From: Kiritimatiellota bacterium
Lineage (GTDB): Bacteria > Verrucomicrobiota > Lentisphaeria > Oligosphaerales > JAADHN01
Reading direction: 5' to 3'
Length of the DNA stretch: 64,000 nt
Assembly (NCBI GenBank): GCA_013151865.1
Contig: JAADHN010000066.1
Span: 8,311-72,310 of the forward strand
Shown here piece by piece: positions 10,382 to 20,150 of this stretch (position 1 is its first letter; every line of letters starts with the position of its first letter). The position numbers were made by a program, and so were the translations under genes. Below the pieces are notes generated by a model that saw only the letters and a list, made by a program, of their open reading frames with translations, made no database searches and was not told the DNA's origin.

Positions 10382-11686
10382 ATGCTTTTGCACCGAGATC
10401 CCATTGCACGGAAGTGGCCCACCCTGGTCCGCATCATGCTGTCCCGGCTGGTGATCCTGGCGTGCCTCTTCCTGGGACTGACCGCTTTGGTGCCGCGCGA
10501 CATTCTGGCCTTTTACGCCTTCATCGCCTTGGCGTTCGTCATCAACATCCCATACGCCTTGTGGCTTCGAAACGATGCCGCCGCGCGCCGGAGCGCCCCC
10601 CTGCAGTCTCTGGCCGACGCAGTGATCATCACGGGCCTGATCCATTTCACCGGCGGCATCAACAGCGGCCTCTGTCTGCTCTATCCACTATTGATCGTTT
10701 CGGCGGGCATTCTGGGCGGCGGCCGATATGCGGCGAAGATTACGATTCTCTGCACGACCCTCTACGCTGCACTTGTTGTCGTGGAACTTCGCGGAATCCT
10801 ACCGTATCTGGGCCCCGCCCCCACGCCCTATTCGGAACCCGCGACTGTCGTTCAGCAATTGATGATTCGCATTTTCGTGTTTGTGTTCTTCAGCGCAGTG
10901 AGCAGTTTCCTGGCCAGCCGACTCTCGTACCAAGCCCGACAAATCCATCGATACCGGGAACTGGTGGATGCGATTTTCAACCACGTCCCGGTGGGGCTGT
11001 TCGCCCTTGATAACGGTCGGGTCCTGCTGGCGAATGCGGCCGGGGCCGAATTGTTGGGCGTTCCTCCGGATGATTTGATCGGACGCAAGATGACCGAATG
11101 TTTCGTCGACCGGAGACCGGACCTCGGCGAGATAGGTTCCCTGGACGGCGTTTGGCAGCTGCAACGCGACGACGGCGGTATTCTGCCCGTGGCCCTCGAA
11201 CTCAGCCGAGTCCATCTTCCGGCGGATGTTTCCGGCGACACGGTGCAGACGGAGGCAAGCGCCCAGCCGGTGTGCGTGCTCGCGGTTCGCGACCTCTCCG
11301 AAACGTTGCGGGCCGAACAAGCAATGGAAGAGGCGACACGGTTGCGAACGGCCTTTCGGGTTGCCGCGGAGCTGGCGCATTCGATCCGCAACCCCCTGAC
11401 TGCGATCCAGAGCGCCGGGGACTCCCTGGCACTGCTGGTCGAGGATCCCACGCCGCCCGACGGCGATACCCCGCGCTCCCCGCCGGACGCGGCCGCCGTG
11501 AAAGCCCTGCATGAAGTCCTGAAAAACGAGATTCGAGAGCTGGACGAACGCATTGAAGCATTCCTGGATTCCGCCTCGACCGACCCGGAAGAACTCTTGC
11601 ACCTGGCGGCCGAACGCTATACGGACCCGATCCCCGAATCGGGACAGGAGCTATCTAAAAACGGAAAGAAACCCCATGGGCAATGA
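10382..11686 (+). CDS. PilS-like membrane sensor (TM region, PAS, HisKA) lacking the HATPase_c domain
   Basis: About six TM helices with a PilS-like DAVIITGLIHFTGGINS...LYPL segment, a PAS region (ANAAGAELLG) and H-box AAELAHSIRNPLTAI. The ORF ends about 100 aa later with no N/G1/F/G2 boxes. Confidence 0.75.
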   Translation: MLLHRDPIARKWPTLVRIMLSRLVILACLFLGLTALVPRDILAFYAFIALAFVINIPYALWLRNDAAARRSAPLQSLADAVIITGLIHFTGGINSGLCLLYPLLIVSAGILGGGRYAAKITILCTTLYAALVVVELRGILPYLGPAPTPYSEPATVVQQLMIRIFVFVFFSAVSSFLASRLSYQARQIHRYRELVDAIFNHVPVGLFALDNGRVLLANAAGAELLGVPPDDLIGRKMTECFVDRRPDLGEIGSLDGVWQLQRDDGGILPVALELSRVHLPADVSGDTVQTEASAQPVCVLAVRDLSETLRAEQAMEEATRLRTAFRVAAELAHSIRNPLTAIQSAGDSLALLVEDPTPPDGDTPRSPPDAAAVKALHEVLKNEIRELDERIEAFLDSASTDPEELLHLAAERYTDPIPESGQELSKNGKKPHGQ

Positions 11687-13040
11687 AAAAACGACTCGCG
11701 GAAACAACACGCAACGCAACCGGATCCTGGTTGTGGACGATGAAAGCGGTATCCGAACTGTCCTCACGGTGATACTCCGGCAAGGGGGATACGAGGCGTT
11801 GAGCGCTGCGAACGCCGAAGAGGCCCTCGAACTGCTTGAACAGGAGCCGGTGGACTTGGTAATCACCGACTTGGCAATGGGCGGCGGGATGGATGGACTC
11901 GATCTGCTCCGAAACGTCCGGGCCCGGCACGATATCCCGGTGGTGATGATCACGGCGTTCGGGACTGTCAAAGTCGCAGTCGAGGCGATGCGGCTCGGGG
12001 CGTACGATTTCATTCGCAAGCCCCTCAAAATGGACGACATTTTCGAAGTGGTCCGGGGTGCACTCTGGCACCACAGCCTGGGCGGCAAGCGCCCCGCGGC
12101 CGATCCTGTGGCCCCGGTCTGTCATTTCGGACTCTTGGTGGGCGAAAGCCCGCCCATGCAGCGCATTTATCGCCTGATCGAACAGATCGCCGACGTGGAC
12201 GTGGCCATCCTGATCCAGGGAGAAAGGGGCGTCGGCCGCAGTCTGACCGCCAAAGCGATCCATTGCAACAGTTCTCGGCGCGACGGCCCCTTCCTCGAAG
12301 TCGATTGCCGGGACCAGACCCCATCCTGCCTGCAGCAACTCCTATTCGACACGGAAACCGGCAGCTCGGCGGACGCCTTTGCCAAAACCCGGGGGGGCAC
12401 GCTCTACATCGAAAACGTCCAGTGCTTGCCAATAGACCTGCAGGACCGCCTCACGGCGGTCCTGGGCGGCACGATGGAAAAACACTCCGGAAGTCCGAAA
12501 ACGGATGCGGAGCCTTCTGGGGGTAGGGTCATTGCGGGCGCGGTCGGCTCATTGGGCGCCTCCGTCGACGCGGGAACTTTTTCCGCGAAGCTTTACAACA
12601 TTCTCAGCACATTCGCCCTGGATCTGCCGCCGCTGCGCCGTCGGCCCGAAGACGTCCCCCTGCTTGCGTTGCACTTCCTGGCCCGTGGAGAACTTCGACC
12701 CGAGGATGGAAGGGCCCTCCGTCTGGACGACCGGGCCCTGCACTGCATCCGGCGCTATTCCTGGCCCGGCAACGTGACCGAATTGCGGGACGCACTTGCC
12801 GCAGCCGCCGCCACGGCCGACGACGGCATGATCGAATTGAACAACCTGCCGGGATACATCGTCCGCGCCTGTCACGGGACGGTCGTCGATGTGACCGCGC
12901 CCGCCGGAGTGGGGGCGCCCGGGGCGCACGCGCGGGAATTTCTCCGCCAAAAACAAGAAGTCTACCGGCGGATCCTCCACCAGCGAACCCCGCCGAGAAG
13001 GCCGCCTGTTCCCGGTCCCGGCGACGAGAAAACAAACTGA
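11676..13040 (+). CDS. NtrC/PilR-like response regulator (receiver domain plus degenerate sigma54 AAA+ domain)
   Basis: Receiver motifs ILVVDDE, DLVITDLAM and AYDFIRKP. AAA+ remnants LIQGERGVGRSL, LPPLRRRPEDV and YSWPGNVTEL. Confidence 0.85.
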   Translation: MGNEKTTRGNNTQRNRILVVDDESGIRTVLTVILRQGGYEALSAANAEEALELLEQEPVDLVITDLAMGGGMDGLDLLRNVRARHDIPVVMITAFGTVKVAVEAMRLGAYDFIRKPLKMDDIFEVVRGALWHHSLGGKRPAADPVAPVCHFGLLVGESPPMQRIYRLIEQIADVDVAILIQGERGVGRSLTAKAIHCNSSRRDGPFLEVDCRDQTPSCLQQLLFDTETGSSADAFAKTRGGTLYIENVQCLPIDLQDRLTAVLGGTMEKHSGSPKTDAEPSGGRVIAGAVGSLGASVDAGTFSAKLYNILSTFALDLPPLRRRPEDVPLLALHFLARGELRPEDGRALRLDDRALHCIRRYSWPGNVTELRDALAAAAATADDGMIELNNLPGYIVRACHGTVVDVTAPAGVGAPGAHAREFLRQKQEVYRRILHQRTPPRRPPVPGPGDEKTN

Positions 13041-13083
13041 CCGACCCGCGACGCCCGCGAGAAGCGACGGCGGGAGCCTCCGT

Positions 13084-14298
13084 GTGATTCGCCCCGAACA
13101 GCCCGTCTCCCCACAGGCGAGACGACAGAAGGAGCAAGCGCAGGAAATGGCCTGGGACGCGGTGGAACTTCTCAAGGAATTGGTGCAAATCGACAGCCGC
13201 AACACCACGTCGCTTCGCAGCGGCGCCGAACCCGCGGTCACAGAGGGCCCCATTTGCGACTTTGTTCGGGGCCTGCTCGTCAATCTGGGGTTCGACTGCG
13301 CGGTACAGTTCGCTGCTCCGCACCGTCCCAACCTGATTGCCCGGTCCGGGCGTGACGCGAAGCGGCCCTGGTTCGCCTTCGAGGCGCACCTCGATACAGT
13401 GGGCGTCGACGGCATGAGCATCGACCCGTTTTCCGCGAGAATACGAGACGGCCGACTCTACGGCCGGGGCGCCGCGGACACCAAGGGGAGTATGGCTGCA
13501 ATGCTCGCGGCACTCTCGCGCCTCGTGCGCGACGATCACGCCCCCAATCTCATCTTCATCGGTGCGTGCGCGGAAGAAACCGGTTGCGAAGGGATCGCCC
13601 GGCTCGAACTCGACGGTCCGCCCATCGACGCGGTGGTCGCGGGCGAACCCACGTCGAACCGGCTGGTGACGGCCCATAAGGCCCACGCGTGGTTCCAACT
13701 CCTCTGCCGAGGCCGGGCCGCCCACGGCGCTCGTCCCGAGGCAGGCGAGAACGCAATCTACCGAATGACCGACGCGATCGCCTGGCTGCGCCGCACGGTG
13801 GCCCCTCGCTTGGCCGCGCAAACGGGCGGCGGACTCCAAGGGTCCACCCTGTCCGTCAACGTGATCGAGGGAGGGCGACGCCTGAACATGGTCCCGGACG
13901 AATGCCGGGCCGCCGTGGACGTACGATTGGTCCCCGGGCATCCCCCCCGGGAATTCGTGCAGGCATTGACCGAAGAGGCGCGACAAACCTTGGGGCACAA
14001 CGTCGAATGCAGTTGGCTCCATGTATCGCCCGGCCTTGAAACCGACGCTTCTTCACCCCTGGTACGGGCGTTTCAGACGGCCCTAAACCGGCGGGGAATG
14101 GCCTCCGCTCCCGAAGCAGTCAGCTACTGCACCGATGCAGGCGTCCTGGCGGCTCGAGGGACCGACGCAGTGGTATTCGGGCCGGGAAGCATTCTGCAGG
14201 CACACGCCGCCGAAGAATTTGTGGAACTCGAACAAGTCGAGACGGCCGCGGACATCCTGGAAGATGCCGCTCTTGCCTACAACGCCGCCCGAACCTGA
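13084..14298 (+). CDS. M20 family metallopeptidase (ArgE/DapE-like deacylase)
   Basis: AHLDTV, LYGRGAADTKG, EETG, GEPT, GPGS..QAHAAEE motifs. Alternative start at 13147. Confidence 0.88.
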   Translation: MIRPEQPVSPQARRQKEQAQEMAWDAVELLKELVQIDSRNTTSLRSGAEPAVTEGPICDFVRGLLVNLGFDCAVQFAAPHRPNLIARSGRDAKRPWFAFEAHLDTVGVDGMSIDPFSARIRDGRLYGRGAADTKGSMAAMLAALSRLVRDDHAPNLIFIGACAEETGCEGIARLELDGPPIDAVVAGEPTSNRLVTAHKAHAWFQLLCRGRAAHGARPEAGENAIYRMTDAIAWLRRTVAPRLAAQTGGGLQGSTLSVNVIEGGRRLNMVPDECRAAVDVRLVPGHPPREFVQALTEEARQTLGHNVECSWLHVSPGLETDASSPLVRAFQTALNRRGMASAPEAVSYCTDAGVLAARGTDAVVFGPGSILQAHAAEEFVELEQVETAADILEDAALAYNAART

Positions 14299-14310
14299 GA
14301 AACACCCCTC

Positions 14311-15048
14311 TCACCGGCCTTGCGCGGAACCCCGCAGCGCGCGCTTCAAGCGCAAAAGATCGACCGCCGTCCGGACGGGGCCGAGAATCGAGGGGAAACG
14401 CGAGTCGGGGTCGTTCGTCCAGTCGACCGGGAACTCCCGAATGCGCCAGCCACGGCGCCGAGCCCGGAGGATGACCTCGATGTCGAAGACGAAGCCGTCG
14501 GAAATGCATTCACTGTAGAGGGTCCTTGCCACCTCGCCTTTGTACAGCTTGAAGCCGCACTGCGTGTCGGTGAGCGCGGGCAGGTCCATCCCCACCACCC
14601 ATGGGACCAAGCTGCGGAACATACGCGACAGAAACCGCCGGTAGAGACGGTGGGGACGCAGCAACCGACTGTCCGGCAGCCAACGGGAACCGTGGGCCAG
14701 CTCGCATTCGTTCCGCCGTAGGAGTTCGAAACCGCGCAGAGCATTCTCGTAGGGGATACACAAGCCGCTGTCTGCGAACATCGCAATACCGGCGCGCACC
14801 GCCCGCATCCCCTCCCGGACAGCCGCACCTTTCCCGCGGTTCCGCTCGAAACGAATGACTCTTCGGTCGATCCCGGCCGGGACCGGCGCCGCCCGAGCGA
14901 CTCCGGTGGTGTCGTCAGGACTGCCGTCGTCCACGACAATGATCTCGCCGGACAGGCCTGCTCCCGCCAGGAACTGCCCCGCAGCCGTCACATCCCGCCC
15001 GATTTTTTCGGCCTCACGGTACGCAGGTATGACAATGGACAGGTCCAC
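14311..15048 (-). CDS. GT2 polyprenyl-phosphate glycosyltransferase (dolichyl-phosphate beta-glucosyltransferase-like)
   Basis: LSIVIPAYRE, VVDDGSPDDT, NRGKGAAVREG, DTQCGFKLY and GFVFDIEVI motifs. Confidence 0.88.
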   Translation of the reverse strand: MDLSIVIPAYREAEKIGRDVTAAGQFLAGAGLSGEIIVVDDGSPDDTTGVARAAPVPAGIDRRVIRFERNRGKGAAVREGMRAVRAGIAMFADSGLCIPYENALRGFELLRRNECELAHGSRWLPDSRLLRPHRLYRRFLSRMFRSLVPWVVGMDLPALTDTQCGFKLYKGEVARTLYSECISDGFVFDIEVILRARRRGWRIREFPVDWTNDPDSRFPSILGPVRTAVDLLRLKRALRGSAQGR

Positions 15049-15352
15049 GGTCGACTCGCTTCCGGGCCTGGGGCCCCACGGCCGAACTCGAGGCCTGAGT
15101 TCGGCGGTTTCAGTGCGAAGGGCGCATAAAAGACGGAGACACGCAGCTGCTCAACCCGATTGCTTTGTTGAACTGCACAACAAACGGATGCCGCTCGCAC
15201 GGGTTCACCCTGATTAATCCATGAACTTCGTCGCGAGCGGGCGCAGCTTGTACGAATTCAAGTCATTGCGTCGAACGTGCCCTTCTGCGGCCGAGCTTTG
15301 CGAGGTCCGCAGCAAGGGGCTTGTTCTCTTCCGGTGTTCTTCCGGGTTCCCG

Positions 15353-15477
15353 ATCGTGCTCGTCCGTCGTCCTCGTCCCTCGTCCTCGATTCTCCGCATG
15401 CCCGGACCGCCGCCGGAATCGCGCCACCGCGCTCCGAGGACGAGGACCGCTACGCTGAGGACGACAACGAGAACGAT
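15353..15477. repeat. Imperfect inverted repeat built from CGTCCT/AGGACG units (REP-like hairpin)
   Basis: Left arm ATCGTGCTCGTCCGTCGTCCTCGTCCCTCGTCCTCG. The right arm reverse-complements to ATCGTTCTCGTTGTCGTCCTC-AGCGTAGC-GGTCCTCGTCCTCG. Confidence 0.6.
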
Positions 15478-15641
15478 TCCCGGAGCGGAGCCGGCGCGTC
15501 CGCTCTCATCGTTCCCGGTTTTTCTGTCCGAGAGAACGACGAATAAGACCGGGGCACTCTGCCCCGACCGACGGTTGAAGGCAGTGTCCCGAGCGTGCGG
15601 AAGATGCGTCGGCGCAAAGGATGGTTCGTGAATCGTTCGGG

Positions 15642-16721
15642 TCAGAGCACTCCGTACGGAAATTCGTCACGACTTTCGGGGAAGGAAAGGATCACCGGCT
15701 TCTCGGGCACAACCTTCCGCAGCTCGGCGATCTCGTCCATGCCGTCGTCTTCGAGCGGCAGTGAGACCTGCCCGCCTTCAATGACGCTCCGGCACATCGC
15801 TGCCATGATTTGGAAGCCTGCGTAGGCGCTGTCGAAACAGTTCTGATGCGTCTCGATACGGCCGTCGAGCCAATCGGCCATCTCCTGGATGTAGGGCGGC
15901 ATGTCCAAGTCGTAATTCATGGCGCCCTCCCCCCGCTGCACCCCCCGCGGCGTCACCGCCCGCCAGCCGCCGTTGGTCAGGACCTCGGCAAAGCCCTCGG
16001 TCCCTTGGACCCCGATCCGATTCTTTCCCCACCATTTGGCGACCTCGGGCTGATCCGGGGCGCCGGCGCCGCACTCGATGTAACCGCGGACCCCGCCGCG
16101 GAATTGGATCACGCCCGCGATGTAGTCGGGCGAAGGATGGTTGTCGTCGAACTTGCCTTGACCCGCGGCCTGGGCCATCGCCCATTCGGCCGGCATATCC
16201 CCGGCGTACCAGCGCATGTAGTCGATCAGGTGCGTGCACATGTGCAGCATCCAGCCGGGGGTGGTGCCGTACACGGTATGAATACGGCCGAGTTCACCGC
16301 TTCGGACGATCTCCTTGACTTTGCGGTAGTGGGCGCCGTATCGGTGTTGATGACTCACCACGGCCTTGACGCCCGAGCCGTCCAACAGGTTCTTGATGCG
16401 AACCGCCTCCCGACTCGTCATGGCCAGGGGTTTCTCGAAAGCAATAAGGCGGGCGCCGACCTTGACGCCGAGTTCGATCATCTCGTAACGGATGTTGGGA
16501 TGGGTGCAGAAACAAAAAACGTCCGGCTTGAGTTCCTCGGCCAGGGCAACGGCGTCCGTTCCGAAGGCCGCCCCTCCGAGCTGCGCGGCCAGCTCCGGCA
16601 GCGCGTCCGGCACGATGTCGCAGATGCCCACCATCTCGAACCGATCATTGGCATGAAAACCGAAGGCATGGTGCTTGCCGCGTTTCCCCATACCCACCAC
16701 CATGGTCCTGTACTTGTCCAC
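15642..16721 (-). CDS. Gfo/Idh/MocA family oxidoreductase
   Basis: VVGMGKRG Rossmann motif, FEKPLA and HMCTHLIDY. GTG start preceded by GGAG. Confidence 0.85.
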   Translation of the reverse strand: MDKYRTMVVGMGKRGKHHAFGFHANDRFEMVGICDIVPDALPELAAQLGGAAFGTDAVALAEELKPDVFCFCTHPNIRYEMIELGVKVGARLIAFEKPLAMTSREAVRIKNLLDGSGVKAVVSHQHRYGAHYRKVKEIVRSGELGRIHTVYGTTPGWMLHMCTHLIDYMRWYAGDMPAEWAMAQAAGQGKFDDNHPSPDYIAGVIQFRGGVRGYIECGAGAPDQPEVAKWWGKNRIGVQGTEGFAEVLTNGGWRAVTPRGVQRGEGAMNYDLDMPPYIQEMADWLDGRIETHQNCFDSAYAGFQIMAAMCRSVIEGGQVSLPLEDDGMDEIAELRKVVPEKPVILSFPESRDEFPYGVL

Positions 16722-16889
16722 GAGTTCTCGTCTCCCGAATGTTCCCTGCGACGGCGCGCAGCCGACGCGTTCCGCTGGATATTCCGTTCTGCACAAACCG
16801 AAACCCGGCGCACGGGCGTTCGGCCCCGAGCGGCACGCACGGCGCCCGACGCTCGCCGTCCCGGGGCCGGCCGACCCGCCGCACGCGGA

Positions 16890-18023
16890 TCAGCCCTGCG
16901 CGGCATCCCACTCCCGAACCTTGTCGATCACGTACTGGATCTCTTCGGGCAACAGTTCGGGAAACATGGGCAGACTGACGCAGCTTGCGGCATTCTTTTC
17001 CGCATTCGCCACTTCCCCGACGATGCGGTAGGACTTGCCCCATGGGAAACCTTCCTGCCGGTGGATCGCGATCGAGTAGTGTGTTTTTGCGTCGATCCCG
17101 TTCTCCTTCAGGAACGACAGCAGCGCGTCCCGCTTGGCGGGATTCTTGGTTTCAACGACGTAAAGATGATACACGTGCCGATAGCCCGGCTTGGCATAGG
17201 GAAGATCGATGTGTCGGCACCCGGCCAGGCCTGCATCGTAGAGCCGGGCGATGGCGATCCGCTGGTCCGTCCACGCCGTGATGTGCTTCATTTTGGCGCT
17301 CAATACACCGGCTTGGATGTCGTCCAGTCGACTGTTGAATCCGGGCGAGTGGTGGTCCCGGGCGGCGGAGCCGTGATTGCCGAGCTTGCGGATCGTCTCG
17401 TTCAAGTCCTCGCGGTCGGTGAAGACCATGCCGCCGTCCCCGAAGCAGCCCAGGTTCTTCTGAATGATGTAGCTGGTGCAGACTGCATCGGAAAACTCGC
17501 CCTGCTTGAACGTATCGCCCGCGCCGTCGATTCCCTGGGCGTTATCCTCGATCACGGCCAGTCCATGTCTTTCGGCAACCTTGGCAATGGCCGGCATATC
17601 GGCGCACTGCCCGTACAGATGGACCGGAATGATCGCCTTGGTCTTGTCCGTCACCGCAGCTTCGATCAGGTTCGGATCGATGCACTTGGTCTTGGGATCG
17701 CAATCCACGAAAACGGCCGTGGCGCCGACAATCCAAATGGCCTCGGCGGTCGCGAAGAAGGTGTTGGGATGCGTAATGACCTCGTCCCCTTCGCCAATGC
17801 CGAGGGCCATCAATGTAAGCCAAATCGCATCGGTACCGTTGCCCACGCCAATGGCATACTTGCTTCCGAAGTACTCGGCAGCCTGTTCCTCGAAAGCGGC
17901 CAACATGGGACCGCGAACGTATTTGCCGCTCAATAGAACGGACTCGATGTTGGCGTCGATCTCTTCTTTGATGTTGAAATACTGGCGAACATGCCCATAG
18001 AATCCGACCTGCGAGACTGCCAT
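16890..18023 (-). CDS. DegT/DnrJ/EryC1/StrS family PLP-dependent sugar aminotransferase
   Basis: GNGTDA, KAIIPVHLYGQ, IEDNAQ, SYIIQKNLGCFGDGG (PLP Lys), GFNSRLD and SLPMFPEL motifs. AGGAGA RBS. Confidence 0.92.
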   Translation of the reverse strand: MAVSQVGFYGHVRQYFNIKEEIDANIESVLLSGKYVRGPMLAAFEEQAAEYFGSKYAIGVGNGTDAIWLTLMALGIGEGDEVITHPNTFFATAEAIWIVGATAVFVDCDPKTKCIDPNLIEAAVTDKTKAIIPVHLYGQCADMPAIAKVAERHGLAVIEDNAQGIDGAGDTFKQGEFSDAVCTSYIIQKNLGCFGDGGMVFTDREDLNETIRKLGNHGSAARDHHSPGFNSRLDDIQAGVLSAKMKHITAWTDQRIAIARLYDAGLAGCRHIDLPYAKPGYRHVYHLYVVETKNPAKRDALLSFLKENGIDAKTHYSIAIHRQEGFPWGKSYRIVGEVANAEKNAASCVSLPMFPELLPEEIQYVIDKVREWDAAQG

Positions 18024-18335
18024 TTCCACTTTTCTCCTGTTGTTTGATCCTGTAGAGTATTGATGCGGCGCCAAGCGGACTGCGGAAGTCCCACAGTATA
18101 CACCCCGGGGCCTCGACGGGCAACCGGGCAGACGGGAGATCCGCGACGGCAGACCAGGGGCCCGGAGGGATGAGAATACGGTCCGGTGCGCCTCGGACGG
18201 GGGAGGCGAACCACCGGTGCGGCGGGCCTGTCGCCGCGTGCCGTCCATCGAGGGCAAGTCATTGTCCCGAATGCCCGCGCGCGTCCTTAGGGATCGGAGC
18301 CGACGTGAAGTCTCGTTTCGGAAGGACCGACCGAC

Positions 18336-19121
18336 ATGGAAGTGGTCATACGCGACAGCCGTGAAGCCGCAGCCCTGTTTGTGGCCAAGACCATCGCCGA
18401 CATGGTGCGACGCAAGCCGCACATCGTGCTCGGCTTGGCCACGGGACGCACCATGGAACCGGTCTACGCTCACCTGGTCCGGTTTCATCGTGAGGACGGT
18501 TTGGATTTCTCCCTGGCAAGGACCTTCAATCTGGATGAGTACGTCAATATTCCCCCCGAACATCCGCAGTCGTACCGGGCATTTATGGACCGCACCTTGT
18601 TCGACCTGATCAACATCGACCGCCGCAACACGCGCGTATTGAACGGCCTGGCCGTGGACGCAAACGCGGAATGTGCGGCGTTCGAGCAGGAAATCGCGGA
18701 CTGCGGCGGGATCGACCTGCAGGTGTTGGGCATCGGTCGATCCGGCCACATCGGATTCAACGAACCAACCTCGTCGTTCGCGTCCCGGACACGGATCAAA
18801 ACGCTTACCCCCGAGACGCTCCGCCAAAACGCCCCTCTTTTCGGCGGAGAACGCAATGTCCCCCGGCACGTCCTCACCATGGGAGTGGGGACCATCCTCG
18901 AATCCGGCCGCTGTCTCATGCTGGTGACCGGAGCCGAAAAAGCGGAAGTGACCGCCGCCGCCATCGAGGGACCGCTCACTTCGATGGTCACCGCGTCGGC
19001 CCTCCAGCTCCATCGGCGGGCCACGTTCGTCCTGGACCGCGAGGCCGCGACCAAACTGAAACAGCGCGACTATTATGAATGGGTCTACGCCAACAAGCCC
19101 CATTGGGAGCGACCGGCGTAA
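18336..19121 (+). CDS. nagB: Glucosamine-6-phosphate deaminase
   Basis: VLGLATGRT, TFNLDEY, GGIDLQVLGIG..GHIGFNEP, TMGVGTI and ASALQLH motifs. Confidence 0.93.
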   Translation: MEVVIRDSREAAALFVAKTIADMVRRKPHIVLGLATGRTMEPVYAHLVRFHREDGLDFSLARTFNLDEYVNIPPEHPQSYRAFMDRTLFDLINIDRRNTRVLNGLAVDANAECAAFEQEIADCGGIDLQVLGIGRSGHIGFNEPTSSFASRTRIKTLTPETLRQNAPLFGGERNVPRHVLTMGVGTILESGRCLMLVTGAEKAEVTAAAIEGPLTSMVTASALQLHRRATFVLDREAATKLKQRDYYEWVYANKPHWERPA

Positions 19122-19142
19122 TACAAACCCCGGGAGGTCTAC

Positions 19143-19952
19143 ATGGATCGATTCCGAGCCATCTCCACCCTCATCCTGGCCGGCCTGCTGCAGGGATTCG
19201 TCACGGCTCAAACCCCGAATAGCGACCGACTCGCCCCCGGCACCGTGGCCGCCGGGCGCCTCTTGCAGGAAGCCGACACCCTCTTCCGGCAAAAGCAGTA
19301 CAAGAAGGCATTCGATCTCTACCAAGCCCTGGCTCAGCAGGAGGATCTCTTCGCCCAATGTCGCGTCGGCCAAATGTATTACGAGGGCCTGGGCGTGGAA
19401 CAGGATCTACGCAAGGCCTTCCGGGCATACTTGCGCGCCGCCAAAGCGGGCGCCCCCGTGGCCCAGTGTATGCTCGGGGTCATGTCCTACGAGGGACAAG
19501 GGACCCTGCCGGATTACAAGGCGGCCGCGCAGTGGTACGCCAAGGCGGCGAAGCAGGGCAACGACATGGCCCAATTCAACCTGGCATTGATGTATCGGGA
19601 CGGGCAAGGCGTCCCAAAGGATCCCGCAAAGTTCCTCGAACTCCTCAAAAAAGCCGCCGACCGCAACAATCCGCGGGCCCTTTTCGAACTGGGGAACCTC
19701 TTTCGCGACGGACGCATGGTGAAGCGCAACCTGCGCAAGGCAGTAAAACTGTATGCACGGGCGGCGGAACAGGGTGAACCTGCCGCTCAACTCGCCCTGG
19801 GCTTGGCATACTGCCGAGGCGAAGGCGTCCCAAAAGACCTGACCAAAGGCAAGCGGTGCGTGAAACTGGCCTATGACAGTCCCGATGCCGACGATGCGCT
19901 CCGCCGGAAATGCGAAGGAGTCTGGAACCGGTTCAAGCTCTATGACCATTGA
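19143..19952 (+). CDS. Secreted Sel1-like repeat (TPR) protein
   Basis: Signal peptide plus about five repeats of AQ..LG.MY..G.GV..D...A..WY..AA.QG. Confidence 0.9.
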   Translation: MDRFRAISTLILAGLLQGFVTAQTPNSDRLAPGTVAAGRLLQEADTLFRQKQYKKAFDLYQALAQQEDLFAQCRVGQMYYEGLGVEQDLRKAFRAYLRAAKAGAPVAQCMLGVMSYEGQGTLPDYKAAAQWYAKAAKQGNDMAQFNLALMYRDGQGVPKDPAKFLELLKKAADRNNPRALFELGNLFRDGRMVKRNLRKAVKLYARAAEQGEPAAQLALGLAYCRGEGVPKDLTKGKRCVKLAYDSPDADDALRRKCEGVWNRFKLYDH

Positions 19953-20150
19953 TGATCGGGCCCCTCCGACCGGCACGGCGTCTGAGGCCGGACTGTCCGG
20001 TCCTTGTTGCGTGGACCGGGCCGACCGATGCGGGATAAGAAGCCTGATCGCGCTGCGCCGAAGCTCAACGGGCAGTCGAATTCAGGGCTTTTCGGCGACT
20101 CTCGAAACGAACGGGCGGAGACGCCCGCGCTCGAGATGGTTCCGAGACGG

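Noticed and set aside
16890-19373. 827-aa aminotransferase fusion in the ORF track
   Set aside because: The N-terminal 450 aa are antisense to nagB and the Sel1 gene. The real start is 18023 with an RBS.
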